From: Candidatus Altiarchaeota archaeon
Lineage (GTDB): Archaea; Altiarchaeota; Altiarchaeia; IMC4; SCGC-AAA252-I15
Direction of reading: 5' to 3'
DNA: 64,000 bases
Assembly (NCBI GenBank): GCA_043800255.1
Contig: JAZDNF010000013.1
Location: 64,001 to 128,000 of the forward strand
Shown here: one piece after another, positions 27,820-37,208 of the stretch
How the letters are laid out: the number at the start of each line of letters is the position of its first letter
Position numbering within the stretch: position 1 is the first letter of the stretch
Program-made: the position numbers and the translations under genes
The notes under the pieces: model-generated
What the model was told of the DNA's origin: nothing
The model's database searches: none
Seen by the model: only the letters and a program-made list of their open reading frames with translations

Positions 27820-28680
27820 ATGAAAGTCAGAAAAGCGGTGATACCTGCAGCAGGTCTGGGGACGAGGTTTCTGCCTGCGACGAAGGCGCAACCTAAGGAG
27901 ATGCTCCCGCTGGTTGACAAGCCTGCGATACAGTTCGCGGTGGAGGAAGCTGTTGCCTCAGGCATAAGGGACATTCTCATCATAACCGGGAGAGGCAAGC
28001 GCGCCATAGAGGACCACTTCGACCGTTCTCTGGAACTGGAGCAGTCCCTTAAGAAGTCAGGCAAGAGAACCCTTCTGAAGGAGATGATAGACATCTCAGA
28101 GCTGGCTGACATCCATTTCATAAGGCAGAAGCAACCCTCGGGGTTAGGCCATGCGATACTGTGCGCTGAGAAGCACGTCGGGAGCGAACCATTCGCCGTA
28201 ATGCTCGGCGACGATATCGTGCACTCTAAGGTGCCTTGCACCGCGCAGATCATGAGATTGCACCACAAGTACGACGCTCCCATAATAGCGATAGAGGAGG
28301 TTCCCAAGCACATGATAGAAAGCTACGGCATAATCGACGGCGAAAAAGTGGAGGATTCGGTTTACTTCGTCAGGGATTTGGTTGAGAAGCCGAAGCCTGA
28401 GAATGCCCCCTCCAACCTGGGCATAATCGGCAGGTACATCCTGACCCCCGAGATATTCAAAGCCGTTAGGAGAACTAAAAAAGGCAAGGGCGGCGAGGTG
28501 CAGCTTACCGACGCCTTACGGATATTGAACAAGGAGACGAGCATATTCGCCTGCGACTTCGAGGGCGTCAGATACGACTTGGGGAACAAGATGGACTACC
28601 TCAAGGCCACAGTAGATTACGCGCTTATGAGGAAGGACATCGCCCCGGAGTTCAGGAAATACCTGAAGAGTTTAAGATGA
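27820..28680 (+). CDS. galU: UTP-glucose-1-phosphate uridylyltransferase
   Basis: [31 protein letters not shown]. Confidence 0.95.
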   Translation: MKVRKAVIPAAGLGTRFLPATKAQPKEMLPLVDKPAIQFAVEEAVASGIRDILIITGRGKRAIEDHFDRSLELEQSLKKSGKRTLLKEMIDISELADIHFIRQKQPSGLGHAILCAEKHVGSEPFAVMLGDDIVHSKVPCTAQIMRLHHKYDAPIIAIEEVPKHMIESYGIIDGEKVEDSVYFVRDLVEKPKPENAPSNLGIIGRYILTPEIFKAVRRTKKGKGGEVQLTDALRILNKETSIFACDFEGVRYDLGNKMDYLKATVDYALMRKDIAPEFRKYLKSLR

Positions 28681-29609
28681 GAGTCCTTGTGACAGGGGGG
28701 GCAGGCTTCATAGGAAGCCACCTCTGCGGATTATTGATGGAAAGAGGCGACAGCGTCGTCTGCATGGACAACCTCATAACAGGCTCCAGAGAGAACGTCA
28801 GGCACCTGACAGGCAACAAAAAGTTCTCCTTCATCGAGCATGACGTCACCAAGCACATCACCGTTGACGGGAAACTGGACTGCATCCTCCATTTCGCATC
28901 CCCGGCGAGCCCAATAGACTATTTGCAGCTTCCAATCCAAACGCTGAAGGTCGGCTCTCTAGGAACCCATAACACGTTGGGGCTGGCGAAGGCCAAGAAA
29001 GCCAAATATTTGTTAGCTTCAACCTCAGAAGTCTACGGCGACCCATTAGAGCATCCGCAGAGGGAGTCCTACTGGGGCAACGTGAACCCGATAGGCCCGA
29101 GGGGAGTCTACGACGAGGCTAAGAGGTTCGCTGAGGCGATGGTGATGGCCTACCACAACGTCCATAAAGTTGACACCAGGATTGCGAGAATATTCAACAC
29201 CTACGGCCCGAGGATGAGATTGGAGGACGGGCGGGTCGTTCCAGCATTCATAGGGCAGGCTCTCAGGAATGAGCCTCTCACAGTGTTCGGCGATGGCTCC
29301 CAGACGAGGAGCTTCTGCTACGTCTCAGACCTGGTTGACGGCATCATAAAGTTGATGGACTCCGGCGAACATGATCCTGTCAATCTTGGTAATCCAGTCG
29401 AGAAGAGCATTCTCGAGTTCGCAAAGATCATCAAAAGGCTCACAGGCTCCGATTCTGAGATAACCTTCAAGCCTCTCCCAGTCGACGACCCAAAAGTGAG
29501 ATGCCCTGACATCACGAGGGCTAAGAAGGTTCTGGGCTGGTCTCCGAAAGTAAAACTCGAGGACGGCTTGAAAGAGACCATCCGATATTTTAAGGATAAA
29601 GGAGTATAG
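28677..29609 (+). CDS. UDP-glucuronate decarboxylase (UDP-xylose synthase)
   Basis: [44 protein letters not shown]. Confidence 0.92.
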   Translation: MRVLVTGGAGFIGSHLCGLLMERGDSVVCMDNLITGSRENVRHLTGNKKFSFIEHDVTKHITVDGKLDCILHFASPASPIDYLQLPIQTLKVGSLGTHNTLGLAKAKKAKYLLASTSEVYGDPLEHPQRESYWGNVNPIGPRGVYDEAKRFAEAMVMAYHNVHKVDTRIARIFNTYGPRMRLEDGRVVPAFIGQALRNEPLTVFGDGSQTRSFCYVSDLVDGIIKLMDSGEHDPVNLGNPVEKSILEFAKIIKRLTGSDSEITFKPLPVDDPKVRCPDITRAKKVLGWSPKVKLEDGLKETIRYFKDKGV

Positions 29610-29616
29610 TCTGCAG

Positions 29617-30540
29617 ATGGCTGAGAAAGTTCTTGTCACCGGTGGAGCAGGCTTCATAGGAAGCCGCATCGTCGATCTGCTTATAGGGAAGGGCTACTCT
29701 GTTGCAGTCGTCGACAACCTTAGCACAGGCAGGAGGGAGAATCTCAACAAGAAGGTAGCATTCTACGAGCATGACATACGCCAGCCTCTGGACAGGATAT
29801 TCGAGAAGGAGAAGCCGGATTTTGTCTGCCATCAGGCTGCGCAGGTGAACGTCCGCAACTCACTTAATGATCCGGTCTTCGACGCATCAACCAACGTTCT
29901 CGGATCGTTGAACGTTTTAGAATGCTGCAGGAAGTTTGAAATAGAAAAAGTAGTGTACTCTTCCTCTGGGGGAGCAGTGTACGGCGAGCCTGAGAGGCTG
30001 CCGTGCGACGAAGACCATCCTATCAGCCCCATCTGCCCTTACGGCGTCTCAAAGTACATTGTCGAAAAATATCTTGCAGCCTATGACAGCGTCTACGGCC
30101 TGAAGCACACCATCCTCAGGTATGGCAACGTCTACGGTCCCAGGCAGGATCCGATGGGAGAGGCAGGCGTCGTCGCAATCTTCGTCGACAGATTCTTAAA
30201 GGGCAATGCCCCTACGATAAACGGCGATGGAAACCAGACTAGGGATTTCGTCTACGTGGGGGATGTGGCAAACGCCAACCTCATGGCGCTTGAGAAGAAG
30301 GCTGCTGGGAGGGCGTACAACATCGGCACAGGGGTTGAGACCTCAGTCAACGACATAACCAGGACGCTTATGAGCATCATGAAACCAGATGTGAAGCCTG
30401 TCAACGGCCCGTCTATTGCCGGGGAGGTTAACAGGATCTGCTTGAACGTGGAACGCGCCAGGAAGGAGTTAGGCTGGGTTCCGAATATAAGATTGGAGGA
30501 GGGTCTGCGGGAGACTGTGGGCTGGTTCAGGAAAAAATGA
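29617..30540 (+). CDS. NAD-dependent epimerase (UDP-glucose 4-epimerase-like)
   Basis: [28 protein letters not shown]. Confidence 0.9.
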   Translation: MAEKVLVTGGAGFIGSRIVDLLIGKGYSVAVVDNLSTGRRENLNKKVAFYEHDIRQPLDRIFEKEKPDFVCHQAAQVNVRNSLNDPVFDASTNVLGSLNVLECCRKFEIEKVVYSSSGGAVYGEPERLPCDEDHPISPICPYGVSKYIVEKYLAAYDSVYGLKHTILRYGNVYGPRQDPMGEAGVVAIFVDRFLKGNAPTINGDGNQTRDFVYVGDVANANLMALEKKAAGRAYNIGTGVETSVNDITRTLMSIMKPDVKPVNGPSIAGEVNRICLNVERARKELGWVPNIRLEEGLRETVGWFRKK

Positions 30541-31601
30541 GTAAGGTAGCTGTTCTCAGGACTAAACCGGATACCGTATTAGATGATTACGGCAGGCTGA
30601 TGCATCTTGCAGACTATGAGCGGTTCCTGCCTAAGGAGAGGGAGACCATCCTTAAGTTGAACCTCTCCTGGAGCCTTTACTTCCCGTCCTGCAGCACCGA
30701 GCCATGGCAGCTGGAGGGCGTCCTCAGGACGATGGCCGGAGACGGCTATAAGAGGATTATCCCGGTCGAGAACAAGACTGTGGTAACAAAGCCGTGGGTT
30801 GGCGCCAGACTGAACAAGTGGCTTCCCATACTGGAAAAGTACAAACTCAAATTCACTCCACTGCCTGATGTGAAGTGGATTCCCTATAAGCCCAAAGTTG
30901 ATGTTCCGGCGATGGATGAGATCTTCCCGGACGGCTTCATGATTCCGGAAATGTTTATCGGAAAGAATGTCATGCATCTGCCGACACAGAAGGTCCATGG
31001 CCACTCCGTCATCACTGGAGCGATGAAGAACGCCTTCGGCGGTTTATTGACGACGAGAAGGCATCACTCCCACAGGCTCATGCATGGGATACTGGTTGAC
31101 CTCCTGAAGATTCAGAAGGAAATTCATCCTGGAATCTTCGCCGTTGTTGACGGCACGGTCTGCGGCGACGGCGCAGGCCCGAGGGCGATGATTCCCAAGG
31201 TCAAGAACTACATTCTCGCCTCCGACGACCAGGTCGCAGTAGACGCAATATCTGCGAAGATGATGGGCTTCGATCCTATGAAGATCGGATTCATCAGGCT
31301 GGCGCATGAGGAAGGCCTGGGAGTGGGAGACCCTGACCAGATCGAAGTCGTCGGCGATGACATCTCAGGCGTCAACTACCATTTTAAGACTGAGAAGAGC
31401 CTAGTCATCAGAGGCGACCAACTTTTCAGGAGTGGGACGCTCAGCTTCATGGAGCCGGTCGTATTCCACACCCCAATCTTCAAATTATGCATCCTCGCTT
31501 CAGCCGTCTTCCACGATTACATATGGTATCCTACGGTGGGGAAGAAGAGGATAAACGAGTTCATGAGGACAGACTGGGGCAGGCTCTTCCAGCAGTATTA
31601 G
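30537..31601 (+). CDS. DUF362-family protein
   Basis: LKLNLSW, HLPTQKVHGH...TGAMKNAFG, DQVAVDA. Confidence 0.75.
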   Translation: MSKVAVLRTKPDTVLDDYGRLMHLADYERFLPKERETILKLNLSWSLYFPSCSTEPWQLEGVLRTMAGDGYKRIIPVENKTVVTKPWVGARLNKWLPILEKYKLKFTPLPDVKWIPYKPKVDVPAMDEIFPDGFMIPEMFIGKNVMHLPTQKVHGHSVITGAMKNAFGGLLTTRRHHSHRLMHGILVDLLKIQKEIHPGIFAVVDGTVCGDGAGPRAMIPKVKNYILASDDQVAVDAISAKMMGFDPMKIGFIRLAHEEGLGVGDPDQIEVVGDDISGVNYHFKTEKSLVIRGDQLFRSGTLSFMEPVVFHTPIFKLCILASAVFHDYIWYPTVGKKRINEFMRTDWGRLFQQY

Positions 31602-32455
31602 CCGTATGCCCTTATTATCAGGAAGCTCACTATCATCCAGAGGAAGAATGCTAACACCATCTGCATGTCCTTGAAAAGGTACTCTGTCTTCCTGGCTGCG
31701 ACATGGTCTGTTGACACAAAATAGAGGTACCTGAATATCATGAACGTCGCGAAGGGTATGGTCAACATCATGTACGGTTTCTCGTGGACTATGAACGTGT
31801 ACAGGCTGTAGTTGAACAATAAGGTGGTGGTTATTACCATGATAAGCATGTTCAGGAGCTTCTCATTGTACACGTTGTAGACGCTCTTATGGTTTACCGC
31901 CCCCTTCCCCAGGAGATGGTATTCTGCCTTCCTTTTGCTGACTCCGAGGAACAGGGCCATGAAGAACACCGTCGTGATCAGCCAGGGACTGGCTGTCACC
32001 CCTATCAGGACGGCGCCGGAGACTGCCCGTATCAGGAAGTTCAACGCTATCATGTGAACGTCCACGAACGCGATGTCCTTCAGTTTGAGAGTGTACGCCA
32101 TACTCGACAGGAACAATGCTATCGGGAACAGCGCGAACACTGTGGAGAGGGAGTATGCGAGCGCCAGTGAGGCGGCCACCAGCGTCAGCGATATCACCAC
32201 CGCAGACCCTACACCCACCTCCCCTGACGCTATCGGCCTCTTCCTCTTCTCAGGGTGGTTTCTGTCCTCCTGCCTGTCTCTGATGTCGTTCAGTATGTAG
32301 TATGAGGAGGATACCATGCAGAGGCTTATGAACCCGTAGACTGTCTTCAGCAGCAGCGGAGTGTTCAGCATGTTGTTGGTGAAGAACAACGCCAAAAATA
32401 TGACGAGATTCTTATACCACTGTTGGACTCTCAGCAGCTTCAGGTACTGGTTCAT
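31598..32455 (-). CDS. UbiA-family polyprenyl-phosphate phosphoribosyltransferase
   Basis: RVQQWYKN, YILNDIRD..EDR.HPEK.KRPIASG, KRKAE; multiple TM helices. Confidence 0.88.
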   Translation of the reverse strand: MNQYLKLLRVQQWYKNLVIFLALFFTNNMLNTPLLLKTVYGFISLCMVSSSYYILNDIRDRQEDRNHPEKRKRPIASGEVGVGSAVVISLTLVAASLALAYSLSTVFALFPIALFLSSMAYTLKLKDIAFVDVHMIALNFLIRAVSGAVLIGVTASPWLITTVFFMALFLGVSKRKAEYHLLGKGAVNHKSVYNVYNEKLLNMLIMVITTTLLFNYSLYTFIVHEKPYMMLTIPFATFMIFRYLYFVSTDHVAARKTEYLFKDMQMVLAFFLWMIVSFLIIRAYG

Positions 32456-32456
32456 C

Positions 32457-32999
32457 TTACACTTTCGCGTAGGGTTTCAGCCTGTCCCACATGTTTCCGC
32501 TGCAGTCCGGCTGAGTCACTTCCGTGAGGATGTCTTTTGGTATGTCTTCAGGCAGCAGCTTGCAGGTCATCGTCAGGTCCTTCCAATAGGGTTCAGCGAG
32601 GTCTGTGATTCCAGTATTATTGTAGGTTATGACGCACCTGTCCCCGTCTTTCCCGGTTATCTCTCTCGCCTGCGTCACCTTGGGAGTGTATGCTATGACT
32701 TTGGCCTTGGAACATTCTCTGGCAGCCTGGTTGAAGCAGTTCATATCAGCCCCACAGTCTGTGACGCCTACAACCTTCTCGATGACGTTGACTACCGGCT
32801 TCAGGACTGTTGGAATCTCAACTGTCGTCGGCGTCGCAGTCGGCTGGGTGGCCTGGGTTCCTGTCTTGGATGGTTGTGTCTCGACCTTCTGGGGCCTAGT
32901 CGCAAGATAGTAGTACACTCCCAGAAGCGATAGTAGTATTACAATCAGTATGACTGCTACGCCGACTACCATCAATGCCTTCCCAGTTTCCTTGTCCAT
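32457..32999 (-). CDS. Membrane-anchored protein with Pro/Thr linker and 6-Cys extracellular domain
   Basis: N-terminal TM, TQPTATPTT linker, DCGADMNCF...C pattern. Confidence 0.7.
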   Translation of the reverse strand: MDKETGKALMVVGVAVILIVILLSLLGVYYYLATRPQKVETQPSKTGTQATQPTATPTTVEIPTVLKPVVNVIEKVVGVTDCGADMNCFNQAARECSKAKVIAYTPKVTQAREITGKDGDRCVITYNNTGITDLAEPYWKDLTMTCKLLPEDIPKDILTEVTQPDCSGNMWDRLKPYAKV

Positions 33000-33006
33000 C
33001 TCATAT

Positions 33007-33870
33007 CTATTCGTTTATGCTTTTAAATCCCTTGTTTTTTATCCTGCTGAGGCCCTCGTCTACGCCCAGCGGCCTGATGCCCTTCGCCCTTATTTTGCCA
33101 GTGTCGAGTGATGTGTCCTTCGGCCTTTTCGCAGCCTGCCTGAGCTCTTCGGTCTTTATGGGCGTTAACAGCGTCTCGTCCAACTCGAAAGTTCTTGCGA
33201 TCTTCACCGCGAAGTCGTACCTGCTTATCCTCTCGGCTCCGGATGTGTGAAAAATGCCATGCTCATCTCTTAAAGCAATCAGCATCTCAGCCAGGTTGTC
33301 CACCAGCGTCGGAGTGTTATAGTGGTCGTCTACGACAGTTATAGTCTTCCCAGCCTCCAGGCTTTCGAGAACCCAACCTAGGAACTTTTTTTTCTGGCCT
33401 CCTCCGTAGATGACGCTCGGCCGCGCTATTATGTACACTAACCCAGACTCCTTGACCAGTTTCTCAGCCTCTAATTTAGTCTTGCCATAGTAGTTCACAG
33501 GGTTAGGCCTGTCATCCTCCTTGTACATTCCCTTTTTTCCATCGAAGACGAAGTCTGTCGAGATATGGATAACCTTCGCTCCTGCTCTCCCAGCCCCTTC
33601 GAGCACGTTCCTAGTCCCAGTGACGTTCACATCCCAGGCCTGCTTCGGGTTCAGCTCGCAGTAGTCCACGTCCGAGATTGCCGCAGTGTGGAATATTATT
33701 TCCGGCTTCTCCCCCACTATTATCTCTTTCATCCTGCCTGTGGACACGTCAGCCTGGAGGCCGTTAGCCCCGGATTTCGAAACTCCGACGCAATTGTAAT
33801 ATTCCTCAAGCGATTCCAACAGCTTCCCGCCCAACAGCCCGCCGGAGCCTGTCACAATAGCCTTCTCCAT
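33007..33870 (-). CDS. rmlD: dTDP-4-dehydrorhamnose reductase
   Basis: GSGGLLG, ISTDFVFDG, YGKTK, PT. Confidence 0.92.
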   Translation of the reverse strand: MEKAIVTGSGGLLGGKLLESLEEYYNCVGVSKSGANGLQADVSTGRMKEIIVGEKPEIIFHTAAISDVDYCELNPKQAWDVNVTGTRNVLEGAGRAGAKVIHISTDFVFDGKKGMYKEDDRPNPVNYYGKTKLEAEKLVKESGLVYIIARPSVIYGGGQKKKFLGWVLESLEAGKTITVVDDHYNTPTLVDNLAEMLIALRDEHGIFHTSGAERISRYDFAVKIARTFELDETLLTPIKTEELRQAAKRPKDTSLDTGKIRAKGIRPLGVDEGLSRIKNKGFKSINE

Positions 33871-33901
33871 GTATTAAAATCAGCCTGAAAAAGTATATAC
33901 G

Positions 33902-34351
33902 ATGATAGAGGGCGTCGGGGTGAAAAAGCTCAACCCTGTCAGGGATGATAGGGGTTGGGTTACTGAGATCCTCCGGGCTGATGATGAGCTTTTCGAGAGG
34001 TTCGGACAGGTTTATCTCACAGTAGCTTATTCTGGAGTCGTCAAAGCCTGGCACATGCACAAGAAACAGACAGACTATTTCGCCCTGATGAGCGGGAAGG
34101 CGTTGATCGCACTCTATGACGGCAGAGATGGCAGCTCTACGAGGGGGGAGCTGATGGACTATGTTGTCGATGAAAAAGCTCCGATTCTTATAAAAATCCC
34201 GCCTGGAGTCTACCACGGCTACAAGGCTTTGGGAGATAATCCGGCGTACATCATCAACACGCCAACACGCACTTACAACCGCGAGGAGCCTGACGAGCAC
34301 CGCCTCCCCCACGATTCTGAAATCATCGGATACGATTGGAGCAGAAGATGA
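33902..34351 (+). CDS. rmlC: dTDP-4-dehydrorhamnose 3,5-epimerase family cupin
   Basis: DDRG, VKAWHMH, IPPGVYHG; between rmlD and rmlB. Confidence 0.85.
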   Translation: MIEGVGVKKLNPVRDDRGWVTEILRADDELFERFGQVYLTVAYSGVVKAWHMHKKQTDYFALMSGKALIALYDGRDGSSTRGELMDYVVDEKAPILIKIPPGVYHGYKALGDNPAYIINTPTRTYNREEPDEHRLPHDSEIIGYDWSRR

Positions 34352-35301
34352 GGTTGCTGGTCACTGGCGGCGCGGGTTTCATCGGGAGCAATTTTGTAAG
34401 ACAATATCTAAGCGGGCATTCAGAGGATGAAATCATCAACCTAGACCTGCTCACCTATGCCGGCAACCTTAACAATCTGAAGGCGGTGGGAGACAATCCT
34501 AAGTATTCCTTTGTCAGGGGCGACGTCTGCGATGCTAAGTTGGTCCGTAAACTGCTCAGGGACTGCGATGTCATCGTGAATTTCGCAGCCGAGACCCATG
34601 TTGACCGCTCTTTTACAGATTATATGCCGTTCGTGAGGACGAACGTGCTCGGCACTAGAACCCTCCTGGAGGCTGCTTTGGACTCTGGTGTTGAGAGGTT
34701 CGTTCAGGTCTCCTCTGATGAGGTCTACGGGAGCATCATCGGGGGCTCTTTCAACGAGTCCAGCCCTCTCAATCCTACGAACCCCTACTCCCTAACCAAG
34801 GCTGCCGCAGACCTGCTGGCGCTGTCATACCATAGGGAGCAGGGCCTTCCTGTTCTCGTATCCAGGAGTTCGAACAACTATGGGCCCTTTCAGAATCCTG
34901 AGAAGCTGATCCCAAGGTTCATCACCAATCTCTTGGAGGATAAAAAAGTTCCGCTGTATGGGGACGGACTGCACGTCAGGGAATGGATTCACGCGTCAGA
35001 CAACTGCGATGCAATAGAAACTTTAATCAGAAAAGGCTCTGCCGGAGTCTACAATGTCGGCAGCGGCTGTGAGCGAACCAACCTGGAAGTAACGCACACG
35101 CTGTTAAACTTATTAAAGATGGGGGAGGAATACATAACCTACGTGGCTGACAGGCCATTCCACGACAGGAGATACTCGCTGGACTCACATAAGATGAGAA
35201 CTTTAGGCTGGTCTCCTAGGCTGGACTTCGACTCATGTCTGAAGTCCACCATAGACTGGTACAAGAGCAACAGATGGTGGTGGGAGCCTCTGAAAAGATG
35301 A
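34348..35301 (+). CDS. rmlB: dTDP-glucose 4,6-dehydratase
   Basis: [40 protein letters not shown]. Confidence 0.95.
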   Translation: MRLLVTGGAGFIGSNFVRQYLSGHSEDEIINLDLLTYAGNLNNLKAVGDNPKYSFVRGDVCDAKLVRKLLRDCDVIVNFAAETHVDRSFTDYMPFVRTNVLGTRTLLEAALDSGVERFVQVSSDEVYGSIIGGSFNESSPLNPTNPYSLTKAAADLLALSYHREQGLPVLVSRSSNNYGPFQNPEKLIPRFITNLLEDKKVPLYGDGLHVREWIHASDNCDAIETLIRKGSAGVYNVGSGCERTNLEVTHTLLNLLKMGEEYITYVADRPFHDRRYSLDSHKMRTLGWSPRLDFDSCLKSTIDWYKSNRWWWEPLKR

Positions 35302-35414
35302 AAGACGTCTACATTCACCCGACTGCTGAGGTTCTTCTGACTCCGATCCATCCTGCGCTTAATAAGAAGGACTTGAATTTTATTGTTGATATGGTGGGTG
35401 AAATCTGTGGGTAA
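35298..35414 (+). pseudogene. 38-codon chimeric scar: hexapeptide acetyltransferase N-terminus fused to a DegT aminotransferase C-terminus
   Basis: MKDVYIHPTAEV|LLTPIHPALNKKDLNFIVDMVGEICG*; overlaps the rmlB stop (ATGA) and the next start. Confidence 0.65.
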
Positions 35415-36408
35415 GTTGAATGCTGCTGTCATCGGCGTCGGCTCGATGGGGAAGAACCATGCTAGGATTTATTTCGAGTCTGACGAGGTCAACCTCGTTG
35501 CCGTTGCGGACTCTGACAGGAAGCAGGCCGCATCGGTGGGGGAAAAGTACGGGTGCAACTTCTATGAGGATTATAAACAGATGCTGCCTTCTGAGAAAAT
35601 CGACCTACTTTCTGTCGTGGTTCCAACACAGTATCACAAGAGGGTTGCATTCGACTGCCTTGATTCCGGAATCGACATTCTCATTGAAAAGCCTATCGCC
35701 CACACCATCAAAGATGCTGAAGCTATCATAGGGAAGGCCAAGAAAACCGGCCGTAAGGTGATGGTCGGCCATATCGAGCGTTTCAATCCTGCGGTGTGGG
35801 AGCTGAAGAAGAGGCTTGACAGGAAAGAGTTGGGGCGGATTTTCAAGATTTCGACTCAACGGGTGGGTCCTTTTCCGGCTAGAATCCGTGATGTGGGCGT
35901 CGTCATCGACCTCGCAACCCACGACATCGACATCATCAGGTATTTGACTGGTTCCGAGGTCATGCGCCTTTACGCTGAAGCTGAGCGTAAAATCCACACC
36001 AAGCATGAGGATCTCTTAGATGGGGTTCTCAAGTTCAGGAACAACGTTATCGGAATATTGAGTGTCAACTGGCTGACTCCTGAGAAGATCCGTGAGATCT
36101 CCATCGTAGGAGAGAAGGGCATGTTCACCGCCAAGTACTTGACGCAGGAGTTGTTGTTCTACGAGAACGTTGACGCTGTCAGAAGAGGCTATGAGTATTC
36201 TGACATCCTGATGGGGGTCTCAGAGGGAGATATCACGAGCATCAGAATCAACAAGCAGGAGCCGTTGCGAGTGGAACTGAACTATTTCATCGACTCCGTC
36301 AGAAAGGACAAACCTGTTCCCATAACCCCGGAGGACGGTCTCGAATCCCTGAGAATCGCGACAAAGCTGATAGAATCCTCAAAAAAGAACAAAGTCATCA
36401 GATTATAG
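35407..36408 (+). CDS. Gfo/Idh/MocA oxidoreductase (WbpB/WlbA-like UDP-sugar 3-dehydrogenase)
   Basis: GVGSMGKNHAR, EKPIA, GHIERFNPA, DLATHDID; GTG start at 35407. Confidence 0.88.
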   Translation: MGKLNAAVIGVGSMGKNHARIYFESDEVNLVAVADSDRKQAASVGEKYGCNFYEDYKQMLPSEKIDLLSVVVPTQYHKRVAFDCLDSGIDILIEKPIAHTIKDAEAIIGKAKKTGRKVMVGHIERFNPAVWELKKRLDRKELGRIFKISTQRVGPFPARIRDVGVVIDLATHDIDIIRYLTGSEVMRLYAEAERKIHTKHEDLLDGVLKFRNNVIGILSVNWLTPEKIREISIVGEKGMFTAKYLTQELLFYENVDAVRRGYEYSDILMGVSEGDITSIRINKQEPLRVELNYFIDSVRKDKPVPITPEDGLESLRIATKLIESSKKNKVIRL

Positions 36409-36485
36409 TACATCAGAGGCATTAGGGAGGGGACATTGTCGCCTGAAATTTAAGTGGGTGTGAATGTGAAGTTTTCCAGGATTTT

Positions 36486-36719
36486 TCAGCTACTCGCTAG
36501 TGTTCGCTTATCGAAGAGCACATACTCAACTGAAGCATTTGTTTTGGGTATGGGTATTTTATCTTCTACCATCCCCTTTATGTGCGACTCTAGGGCTTCG
36601 TACATGTTTTTTTCAGCCTGTTTTTTGGTTGAACCTGTGGCCACACATCCTTCCAGACCTGGGGAGTAGGCTGAGTATCCGTTTTCTGTTTTCTCGTAGA
36701 CTATCAGAAACTTATACAT
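36486..36719 (-). CDS. hicB: HicB-family antitoxin
   Basis: YSAYSPGLEGCVATG.T...A..NM.EALE.H...M.ED..PIP. Confidence 0.9.
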   Translation of the reverse strand: MYKFLIVYEKTENGYSAYSPGLEGCVATGSTKKQAEKNMYEALESHIKGMVEDKIPIPKTNASVEYVLFDKRTLASS

Positions 36720-36918
36720 TAACTGTCACCTCGTTTTTTCAACTGTGCTTGTTTTAGTATGCTATTTAAGGTTCCAGTGGCAAGATGGTGGCTCGGATGT
36801 CCAGCGATGGTCACACGACCCTTCTCACGTGGTGTTTAAATTGCATGTGGCTTCCTTTGGTTTCCAGAAGGTACCATCCATCTGACTTTAAAAGCCGGAT
36901 AACATCTCTTACCTTCAC
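36719..36918 (-). pseudogene. hicA: HicA toxin, frameshifted
   Basis: MKVRDVIRLLKSDGWYLLETKGSHMQFKH then a frameshift near 36830, continuing REKGRVTIAGHPSHHLATGTLNSILKQAQLK; TAATG coupling to hicB. Confidence 0.85.
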
Positions 36919-37072
36919 ATAAGATAAGGGCTTTCATTTGATAAAAATGGGTATAAGAGGGGAAATCCCTTTAGCTGAAAAGATGATCAAAAAGCGAGAG
37001 GTTCGCCTATTATTTCAAGTGAGGTATATTGTTCCACATGTAACAGATATGTTCCAACGTATGAAAGCATAA

Positions 37073-37177
37073 AAACTCATGAGGAACAGGATTATAGTAG
37101 ACGGCAGGAGCCTCTTCGACCAGGGGGCTGGGGTAAAGGCGGGGTTCAGTTATCGGAGGATTGGCAGGGGAGAGTAG
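37073..37177 (+). pseudogene. C-terminal remnant of a UDP-glucose/GDP-mannose family (WbpA-like) dehydrogenase
   Basis: KLMRNRIIVDGRSLFDQGAGVKAGFSYRRIGRGE* matches the family's terminal IVDGR..FD...GF.Y..IG motif. Confidence 0.7.
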
Positions 37178-37208
37178 TTTATTATATTCTGTTCTTATTT
37201 TTATCGGT

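Noticed and set aside
36401-37099. 10-bp repeat GATTATAGTA on both sides of hicAB as a target-site duplication
   Set aside because: The second copy lies inside the dehydrogenase remnant, whose similarity extends upstream of it; probably coincidence.
37115-37170. G-rich stretch resembling a tRNA or ncRNA
   Set aside because: No cloverleaf could be built; it is better explained as a dehydrogenase C-terminal remnant.
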